Positions 35,670 through 43,222 of a stretch of DNA of 64,000 nucleotides are shown piece by piece (the stretch's first letter is position 1; each line of letters opens with the position of its first letter). The notes below the pieces were generated by a model, which saw only the letters and a list, made by a program, of their open reading frames with translations, searched no databases and was not told where the DNA came from. Location of the stretch: positions 32,001-96,000 of IMG/VR virus record IMGVR_UViG_3300025133_000030; one strand, given 5' to 3'. The stretch is from a virus. Made by a program: the position numbers and the translations under genes.

Positions 35670-35930
35670 ATGAATCAAGACGAACTAGACTTAATGAAAC
35701 GCATCGCGGAACTGGAAGCAGCCGAAGCCGAACTCAAAGCCCTCAAGAGACGAGCGGCAAAGGTTGTTCGCATGAAGGTTAGCCAGAAGGGTGCAGTTTC
35801 GATCTACGGCATGCGCCGACTCCCGATCACCCTTTACAAGAACGAAATCAACCAGATCCGAGACCTCTTCGACTCGGGTCGCATCGACAACTTCATTGAA
35901 GAGAACAATGCAACTTTAGCGGATCGCTGA
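35670..35930 (+). CDS. small protein of the KVSxKGAVSxYG...PxTLY type
   Basis: coiled coil plus KVSQKGAVSIYGMRRLPITLY. Confidence 0.7.
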   Translation: MNQDELDLMKRIAELEAAEAELKALKRRAAKVVRMKVSQKGAVSIYGMRRLPITLYKNEINQIRDLFDSGRIDNFIEENNATLADR

Positions 35931-36022
35931 TTGGTGTTTCAGCGACACTTAGGTTTGATCTGTTGCAACATTCCCCGGCAACAGAGGGATTCATCACGAA
36001 GTTTCTAGGGCTACGAGATGAT

Positions 36023-36056
36023 GCGCGAATTCGGTGGGGTTTTCGCGCCATTTTTT
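36023..36056 (+). terminator. probable rho-independent terminator
   Basis: GCGCGAA...TTCGCGC followed by a T-tract. Confidence 0.5.
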
Positions 36057-36093
36057 ATTAACTAATAACAAAGCGATTCGAGAGTAAAACATA

Positions 36094-36300
36094 ATGAACA
36101 ACCAATGGTACTATAGATTGGGCAATGAAACAGCCCCTTTCCTTTGGACAGGTCGCATCACGACGACCACACCAATCACCAACAAGCAGGCAAAGCACAT
36201 GATTCGACAGAAGCATCGACTGGCGCGGCTTCCCGGCTCCACACTCGTGGTGCCCAGCAGCACCTTGGAATTCAACGGCGAAGCACGGAGGGTCTGCTAA
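36094..36300 (+). CDS. hypothetical protein
   Basis: ORF; TAATG overlap with next gene. Confidence 0.55.
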   Translation: MNNQWYYRLGNETAPFLWTGRITTTTPITNKQAKHMIRQKHRLARLPGSTLVVPSSTLEFNGEARRVC

Positions 36301-36509
36301 TGTTTGTACAGAGTAAATCAACAACCGTACATGGTGAGCGCAATGGGGTTTGCCTTCGCAGTCGTCGTGGTGGTCAAGAGCTGCTTGTAAAGTGGTCCAA
36401 CGGGCAATGCCGATGGGTCGATTGTGATGACATCAAGGGTGAGATTCGACTCATCGACGCAGAGGGCCGCAACTACGAAAACCAGAACGCGGAGGACTTC
36501 GCACTGTGA
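36300..36509 (+). CDS. SH3-like hypothetical protein
   Basis: LLVKWSNGQCRWV. Confidence 0.55.
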   Translation: MFVQSKSTTVHGERNGVCLRSRRGGQELLVKWSNGQCRWVDCDDIKGEIRLIDAEGRNYENQNAEDFAL

Positions 36510-36543
36510 GCAAGAGATCAACAAAGAAGACGGTACGCAAGAC

Positions 36544-36753
36544 GTGGACAAAAACAAAGAAGCGAGGATAAAGAAAGGCGACCTTGTAACGTGGGGTCTA
36601 GATCAGAAAGCAGGAATTGTGCTTGGCTTCATCGGAGGAAAACTCTTCGAGGGTGATAATATTATAAAGGTATTAAGCACACACAGCCAGAAGCCCGCGC
36701 TAATCATGGAATCTAGAGCCCGCCCTATTACAGAGAGTGAAGATCCGCGATAG
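36544..36753 (+). CDS. GDLV-type SH3/KOW-like protein
   Basis: IKKGDLVTW...GIV. Confidence 0.55.
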   Translation: MDKNKEARIKKGDLVTWGLDQKAGIVLGFIGGKLFEGDNIIKVLSTHSQKPALIMESRARPITESEDPR

Positions 36754-37696
36754 AATAGAAAAGAAGATTATTCCAGTAGCCATTACAGCTACAGTAGGCA
36801 TAGCGTTAGCAATAGCTGTTCATGCCTTTGTCTTATACTCAGATATAAGAGCCTATAGAGAAGAGAGATAGAGAAGAACTAAATGAGCTTTACAAGAAAC
36901 TGGAAGAACTCAACGCTAAGTGTATGCTTTCCCCATAGGTCAGCAAGGCGTTTCGGTTATAGTCATTCAAGGTTTTATGAGTCATGGGACTATTACACGA
37001 GGTTCTGGATTCTGGATCTTTACTTTGTGAGTCTGCTGTTTGGTAGGCCGTGAAGCATTATAGCTATATTAGCCTATGCCCCTTGCATAGTCTATGCAGT
37101 TAGTTTATTAACGGGTTTTTTACTTTTATTAATGGAGGGCGTTAGCTTTTGAACGAGATGGACCTAATACATATACAAGAGCGCCTTGTCAACGATTATT
37201 TATTAACGCTTGCCGATGCTAGGCGTGAACGTGACCGTCATATACTTGACAGCGTTAGGAATGTAACGGCTGCTAAGTGTGCGAGATCATTCAGGTTTCC
37301 TAGGCGCATGCAATACGACGAGACCATGACGGGACTTGAAACGACAATAGATTGACGGCTGTTTCACGGGCACACTAGCCCGAAAGTGCCGAAAACCTAA
37401 GTGACTGATATCATTAGGGTTTTCATTTTTATTTGATTTAATGCGTTTTTTATGAGATAATATATATAACAGGTTGAGGGAATGACCAGCAGCCAGTTCT
37501 TTTAAAATCAGGTTCTAAGTTTCACGGGCACGGCAGCCCTTAAAAGCCAAAAAGCTAACTACTTGAAATCATTGGCTTTCGTAAATAAACTTGATTTATT
37601 TCAAAAAGAATGATATAATATATAAAGAAAGTGAGGGAAGGGTTTCCTCGCTACTAAACACCATGCCCACAAGGGCAAAACAAAAAGGGGTCCATC

Positions 37697-37930
37697 ATGG
37701 CCATTTCACGACACACATCAAACATCATCAATTTGGGTTTCGTCTGCATGAGCGAAGACGACAAGGCCGGAGTAGAAATCAATCAGAGCATCGTTAACGG
37801 TTGCTCCGCTGGGGTTTCTGTCCGCACCATCAACGGAGCGCGTAAGAGCGCCAGCATCCGCTTGGATGATCAGGCTGCGCGTGACTTGCACGCATGCTTG
37901 TCTGAGATGTTGGAAAACTTGGATAGCTAA
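37697..37930 (+). CDS. hypothetical protein
   Basis: AAGGGG RBS; followed by a terminator. Confidence 0.65.
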   Translation: MAISRHTSNIINLGFVCMSEDDKAGVEINQSIVNGCSAGVSVRTINGARKSASIRLDDQAARDLHACLSEMLENLDS

Positions 37931-37952
37931 ACCGTCAAAATCCCAACGCATT

Positions 37953-37983
37953 GAGACCCGGCCATCGTGCCGGGTTTCTTTTT
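37953..37983 (+). terminator. rho-independent terminator
   Basis: GAGACCCGGC-CATCGT-GCCGGGTTTC followed by TTTTT. Confidence 0.8.
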
Positions 37984-37990
37984 ATCTAAA

Positions 37991-38085
37991 TTCAACCGTC
38001 AATAATATGACGCTGTCAAACCAATGACACCGCCAGAACTATGACGCGCCAAGCAATTGACACCGTCAAAGCTTTGACATTCGCG
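37991..38085. repeat. iteron-like array of TGAC-N3-GYCA units with ~17-bp period
   Basis: units at 37991, 38008, 38025, 38042, 38058, 38075. Confidence 0.65.
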
Positions 38086-38286
38086 ATAATAAAAGAAAAG
38101 AACCCAAAAAGAACAAACGTTTTTCTCTAATAAAATCAAACACTTAGGGGTCTCCCCCTCCCCCCTACCCGAATGTATGTCCCTCCGGAGCGTCAATCCC
38201 TTGACGGTGGCTAAGTACACGCGATATAGCTCCAAGAAATTTCACAGATTTGATTAAGTCCAGCATAATTATACCGAGGAGAAAAA

Positions 38287-38556
38287 ATGGAACTTTTCAA
38301 ATATACAGTTTGGTCGGTTAATACAAAGTTGGATAAGCCGCTATGGAAGATGGCTACCTATAAGGGGCGTGAGAAGGCGATAGACCACGCTGAGCGCATT
38401 GTTCGAGAGGCAGGTGGAGCTAACCCCAAGTTTCGCGAAATCAAGTATCCAGAGGCCCCGGAGAGCATGCAACAAGTTGAAGCCATTCTTTGTGAGGATA
38501 GTGATTCAGTAGTTGGAGCACTTATTGAAGGCCTTAAACTTACAATAAAGCTATAA
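38287..38556 (+). CDS. hypothetical protein
   Basis: GAGGAG RBS. Confidence 0.7.
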   Translation: MELFKYTVWSVNTKLDKPLWKMATYKGREKAIDHAERIVREAGGANPKFREIKYPEAPESMQQVEAILCEDSDSVVGALIEGLKLTIKL

Positions 38557-38687
38557 CTCCGGCAGAAAAACAAGCAAACACAACAGTGAGCGAAAAGGCC
38601 TAGGCGAAGCGCGTTGATTTTTGATTGAATACGTAAAAAACCCCAAGAAAAAAAGTAGATATTGGCCAATGCCGGCATAGTTAGTAT

Positions 38688-39116
38688 ATGAGAAGGTTAA
38701 AAATAGCACTGATGGTAATGCTTTGCGCGTTCCTAACGCAGTGCTCCGCTCCGCAAAAGACCCGCAGCGACGTTCTAAGAGTCGTAGAGTATCAAGGGTA
38801 TGTCTCAGAAGGTTCATTAAAAGAGTTAGTTAGGTATAATACCGAAGCCGGTGAGGATATAGTTCTCATATTCGCTGCCGATTGGTGTAAAGCATGTCAA
38901 GGATTAAGGCAGCTTATGGATACCGGTGGTATTAGTGCAAGTTCAAGTTCGATTGTGTTTGTCAATGTTGATGAAAGTTGGGCAGCTCACCTAGCACAAG
39001 TACTGGGGGTACTTCAGATACCCGCCATGATCCATTTTAATTCAGAAGGTGATGTCCGCAAGATAAGTTTTGGTCAGTATAAGATATTAGTTTATCTGTT
39101 AGCGCATTTTCGTTAA
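38688..39116 (+). CDS. thioredoxin-fold lipoprotein
   Basis: LTQC lipobox-like; ADWCKAC; IP. Confidence 0.8.
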   Translation: MRRLKIALMVMLCAFLTQCSAPQKTRSDVLRVVEYQGYVSEGSLKELVRYNTEAGEDIVLIFAADWCKACQGLRQLMDTGGISASSSSIVFVNVDESWAAHLAQVLGVLQIPAMIHFNSEGDVRKISFGQYKILVYLLAHFR

Positions 39117-39183
39117 AGTTGGTGTAAGTTTGAATAAAATTTAGTTTAATAAGTTCATAATAGAACCTTAGGAGGTTTTATAG

Positions 39184-39423
39184 ATGATATTGAGAGCAAT
39201 ACTTTTGGTGATAATATGTGCACCTTTAAGCGCGTGGGCAGATAGCAACGCAAAAACTAAGTTTTATAATTTCGATGAATTGCTTATTGACGGCAAGATT
39301 CAAAGACCTAAGGTTCTTTGGACGGATACTCGTCAAAAAGCAAAGTTCGAAAAATTACTTAAGCTTCGCAAAGATTTAATACCAAGACTGAAAGCGACCG
39401 CAAGAGATCCTGCATTAAGGTAG
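39184..39423 (+). CDS. secreted CglF/GltF-like small protein
   Basis: signal peptide; YNFDELLIDGKIQRP...FEKLLKLRKDLIP. Confidence 0.55.
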   Translation: MILRAILLVIICAPLSAWADSNAKTKFYNFDELLIDGKIQRPKVLWTDTRQKAKFEKLLKLRKDLIPRLKATARDPALR

Positions 39424-39554
39424 TAAGGTAGTCGCTACGTTTTGTTGATAATTGCTAGCAACTAGCAGTCGACTGGGTAAGTAAAAAAAATCCCGTCGCA
39501 AAAGAAAAAATTTTCGGCCGAAAGGCACTACTTACTGATATACGAGGAGTGCAT

Positions 39555-40040
39555 ATGAAAGTTTCAAAAAACCAAATTATCCAAATCATAAAAGAAGAAG
39601 CCGCGGCTTATGTCTGGGGTGTTAAGAGCCCGGGCCGTGTTGCTAACATCTATTCTGTCGATCCCGCCAAACAAGTTATCAAGGAAGATCATGATAATGT
39701 AACCATGGCTCGAATGTCTGGCCCTGCTGGGGTTAACCCTGCCGGTGACGAGGACTCTGAAGCCAGAGCAGTTGTTGCTCAATCGTTGCGAGATATGCAA
39801 GTTCCTGTTCCCCCTCCTGTTGAAAAGATGCATGCCTTGTGGTATCAACTTAATCTTGTGCTGAATCGAAACCATGGCTTGGAAGACCTCAAACAGATTA
39901 TGCAACAGATATCAAGGGATCCTGACGCTGCTTTCCCAGAAGAGGAGGAAGTTCCCGCGGATACTGGACTTCATCATCCACAAATGGGGCTTCGGAACCA
40001 TCCACAGCCGGGCGTATATTTTGAAAAGAAAGAAAAATGA
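39555..40040 (+). CDS. putative internal virion protein
   Basis: MKVSKNQIIQIIKEE N-terminus; ACTACTTA upstream. Confidence 0.55.
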   Translation: MKVSKNQIIQIIKEEAAAYVWGVKSPGRVANIYSVDPAKQVIKEDHDNVTMARMSGPAGVNPAGDEDSEARAVVAQSLRDMQVPVPPPVEKMHALWYQLNLVLNRNHGLEDLKQIMQQISRDPDAAFPEEEEVPADTGLHHPQMGLRNHPQPGVYFEKKEK

Positions 40041-40411
40041 AACTTTTTCGACCTTCAGAGTGGAAGCCTTTTTTTATTGAAAACTCTCGTGTTCCTCTTT
40101 TCTTGGAGAAGTTTGCCCCAATAAAGATTGCTGCTATTACAATTGGGCCCCTTGTTTTTTGTCGAGGAAAAGTTAACGAATCAAATATTCGACATGAAAC
40201 TGTCCATTTTCAACAACAGTTGGAAACATTGTTTGTTGGCTTTTTATTATTGTATATATATGACTACCTTATTGCTCTCTATATTAGAAAACTTACAGGC
40301 CGGCATGCATACCTCGCAATTCGAGCAGAAGTTGAAGCTCGACAATCCGGATGGAAGCCGGGGTACCTAAAAACCCGAAAACGGTATCGGTGGATTTTGA
40401 ATTTTATTTAA
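40037..40411 (+). CDS. HExxH zincin-like protein
   Basis: AITIGP...RHETVH...EVEA. Confidence 0.7.
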   Translation: MKLFRPSEWKPFFIENSRVPLFLEKFAPIKIAAITIGPLVFCRGKVNESNIRHETVHFQQQLETLFVGFLLLYIYDYLIALYIRKLTGRHAYLAIRAEVEARQSGWKPGYLKTRKRYRWILNFI

Positions 40412-40412
40412 A

Positions 40413-40437
40413 CTTAAGGCGGCCATGTGCCGCCTTA
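40413..40437. terminator. hairpin, possible terminator
   Basis: TTAAGGCGGC...GCCGCCTTAA. Confidence 0.5.
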
Positions 40438-40475
40438 AATATATAAGGACAATCTGATATGATCGTTTATAGGAT

Positions 40476-40961
40476 ATGAACAATTTTATTGAAAATAATT
40501 GGCACTCAGGTTCTGAGCGGCCTGTCAAGTTTAGCGAAATAGTGCTTCAAATTAAGAATTGTGTCCAAAATGGTGGCAAAGTCTTTATTGGTTCAGATTC
40601 CTTTATCAGCAAAAGAAAAGTTACTTTTGCTACAGCCATATGTCTTCATGGGGATCGAAAAGGAGGAAGGTATTTTTTTACAAAAGATTACTCCCCGATT
40701 AGTCACTATACGGTATTGGTATCCAGAATGACCGAGGAAGTAAGAAGATCTGTTGAGTTAGCAGAGCACGTAATGGAGGAATATAATATCGATCCAAACT
40801 TTTTCGAACTTCATGTCGATGTCTCCCCGTTTGAGTTAAAGATGGCCACTTCTAAATTTTCAGATATGTTAAGTGGTTATGTCTCGGGTGCTGGTTTCGA
40901 GTGTCGTATAAAACCAAATGCTTGGGCTAGCCAAACTGTAGCAGATAAACACTCCAAATGA
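40476..40961 (+). CDS. RNase H-like YkuK-family protein
   Basis: FIGSDS, GGRYF, EEVRRS, ELHVDV, AWASQTVAD. Confidence 0.8.
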   Translation: MNNFIENNWHSGSERPVKFSEIVLQIKNCVQNGGKVFIGSDSFISKRKVTFATAICLHGDRKGGRYFFTKDYSPISHYTVLVSRMTEEVRRSVELAEHVMEEYNIDPNFFELHVDVSPFELKMATSKFSDMLSGYVSGAGFECRIKPNAWASQTVADKHSK

Positions 40962-41272
40962 AAGAAAATCAGTTAACCCTAGATCACGTATGTTACGCGG
41001 TTTCTTTTCGAGATCTTGTCGAGTCGTGGATTGATTTATTTCATAGAGATTCTCACTTGATGGTAATTTTCGACCCAATCAAGCATATAAAACTGCTTTC
41101 CAAGTTGGGTTTCTCCGGCGAGTCCAAATATTATGAAAGTAAGATTTTGATATCAGAAATGGATTCACTTGATTCTGTCATGTTATTGAGCAGAATGATT
41201 TCTTCAGATACCGGGCCGTATATCCAAATATGGTCCTTGGGCCACTACATTACCGATAATATCGATAAATAG
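40958..41272 (+). CDS. hypothetical protein
   Basis: ATGA overlap. Confidence 0.6.
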   Translation: MKENQLTLDHVCYAVSFRDLVESWIDLFHRDSHLMVIFDPIKHIKLLSKLGFSGESKYYESKILISEMDSLDSVMLLSRMISSDTGPYIQIWSLGHYITDNIDK

Positions 41273-41452
41273 CTATTTTTTAAAAATAGCATACTTACTC
41301 TTTATACAACGAACCTAAGAGGTAATTCCCCATGGATTCTATTAGCTTATATTTTATTATACTCTCAACTGCAGCGATTATTGTGGGATTAACTCTTCGT
41401 AAAAGGTAGATAGTTGATGTGTACCAACTAGTTAAAATAGGAGGTGCGCAAA

Positions 41453-41623
41453 ATGAGTAATTATTTAATACCGATCGAGTTGTTGATACGAGAACTAGAG
41501 AAAATGAAGGATGAATCAGAATGGGCACCGGTTCCGTTGCATCTAGAACTTGAGCTTCCGCGAGAAGAAGACGACGTCGTTGTTAATGATTCAAGGAAAA
41601 CTGTTATCATAATCGATATTTAG
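41453..41623 (+). CDS. small protein (56 aa, not in ORF track)
   Basis: AGGAGGT RBS; PLHLELELP...VIIIDI. Confidence 0.6.
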   Translation: MSNYLIPIELLIRELEKMKDESEWAPVPLHLELELPREEDDVVVNDSRKTVIIIDI

Positions 41624-41805
41624 TGACTAATTAATAGTATGAAAATAGAAATACCTATTTTAATCACTATTCTCGGCGCGGCAATTACCTTCGGTGGGTT
41701 TTACTATTCTACCAGTCATAGGCTTGGTGCGTTGGAGACTCAAATCGAATCAATCGACAAGAGAATCAACAAACTAAAGCGCCTTAAAAACAACAGGAAT
41801 TGAAC

Positions 41806-42132
41806 ATGAAAGATTTTAAATTACTCACAGAAAATTGGAGAACATTCGTCAACGAAGAAGATAGTCAAAAAGTTGACGCAACGGCTCAAGCACTTAGCAT
41901 GAAATCTGATGATGTAAGAAGGATGAACAATATCGCAGCCAGATTGGCAGAAAAAGGCGTAACTTCTGACGATATATATGATGGACAGCACGGTGAGATA
42001 CAACATATTCGAAAACTTCTACCTTTGGTCGGTATAGAGGAAGACCAACTTTACGATAGGGATTTAGAAGCAATACAAATGGCGTTCCCGATTCCTGATG
42101 ATTATTATGACCTCACTCTTGACGAAGAATGA
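41806..42132 (+). CDS. putative internal virion protein
   Basis: KLLTENWRTFVNEE N-terminus. Confidence 0.55.
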   Translation: MKDFKLLTENWRTFVNEEDSQKVDATAQALSMKSDDVRRMNNIAARLAEKGVTSDDIYDGQHGEIQHIRKLLPLVGIEEDQLYDRDLEAIQMAFPIPDDYYDLTLDEE

Positions 42133-42150
42133 TCAAAAGATGGCGATGAA

Positions 42151-42339
42151 ATGTGTATAATTTGTATAGAACTGCAAAAAGAAAAATTAACACTGCTTGA
42201 AGCTAGAAGAAACTTCTTCGAGATGTCAGAAGGTTTAGGCTCTCATGCAAGAGAAGTGGATGAAATACTTTCTAAAAGAGAGTTTGAAAAAATGCTGGAG
42301 CAATTTATCGAAGAAATAGAGTTTTGGGTTACTGATTGA
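42151..42339 (+). CDS. hypothetical protein
   Basis: MCIIC...EARRN. Confidence 0.65.
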   Translation: MCIICIELQKEKLTLLEARRNFFEMSEGLGSHAREVDEILSKREFEKMLEQFIEEIEFWVTD

Positions 42340-42354
42340 AAAAATGGCGGTAAA

Positions 42355-43182
42355 ATGAACAACTTTAATAAAAAATGGACTAATTTTCTCGAAGAAGCTG
42401 AATTTGATACTTCAAATTTGCAAATAAAAGATGAACTTCATCCCGATTTCTGGAGAGCCGGCCATCTTGATGAAGAGATCCTGCAAAAACTACAAGAAAT
42501 AGCGGAAGATGCGTACAACAGCCTCGAATTAGATGACGAAATGAGCGATCTGATCGTAACAGGGTCGATTTCAGGCTATAATTGGCACAAAAAATCCGAT
42601 ATTGATCTTCATATTTTGCTAGATTTTACAAACATAGACAAAAATTATGATCTAGTGAAGAAATTTCTTGATTCCAAGAAAACACAATGGAATAAAGCTC
42701 ATAAAATCATGATTCATGGCCACGAAGTTGAAATATATTTTCAAGATATTAATGAAGAACACGTATCTTTGAGCGTTTATTCCCTCATTACTGATGAGTG
42801 GCTTGTCAGGCCAATTAAAGTCGATCCAGAAATTGATATAAAAGCAGTAGAAAAAAAGGCTGCTGGTGTAGCAGTTGAAATTGATCACCTTCAAGAGCTT
42901 ATGAGCGACAACAAATACAAAGAAGCTTACGATTACTCCCAAAAAATTAAAGAAAAGGTCAAAAAATTAAGATCATCTGGCTTAGAGGGAGATGGCGTGT
43001 TCTCAGTTGAAAATTTAGCATTCAAGTTATTGAGAAATGACGATTATCTGAGTACCTTAATGTCTATTAAGACTCTTTCTTACGATAAGATGATGTCTGT
43101 GGGTTCGAGTAGCAACCAAGACAAACAACTCAAAGTCAAAATCATGGAAAATTGGCTTAAATTTAGTCGCGATGGTGTATAA
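42355..43182 (+). CDS. pol-beta-superfamily nucleotidyltransferase
   Basis: TGS...SDIDLH...VEIY; ENLAFKLLR. Confidence 0.78.
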   Translation: MNNFNKKWTNFLEEAEFDTSNLQIKDELHPDFWRAGHLDEEILQKLQEIAEDAYNSLELDDEMSDLIVTGSISGYNWHKKSDIDLHILLDFTNIDKNYDLVKKFLDSKKTQWNKAHKIMIHGHEVEIYFQDINEEHVSLSVYSLITDEWLVRPIKVDPEIDIKAVEKKAAGVAVEIDHLQELMSDNKYKEAYDYSQKIKEKVKKLRSSGLEGDGVFSVENLAFKLLRNDDYLSTLMSIKTLSYDKMMSVGSSSNQDKQLKVKIMENWLKFSRDGV

Positions 43183-43222
43183 GAGCCTTCCGGCAACTAA
43201 TTAATGAAGGGTTTGTCAAAAT

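Larger units (their letters stand above)
37273..38147. repeat. dispersed 19-bp motif CTAAGTGnnTGAwATCATT (4 copies) and 2 copies of GTTTCACGGGCAC
   Basis: 37273, 37397, 37555 (+) and 38129-38147 (-); 37361 and 37519. Confidence 0.6.
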
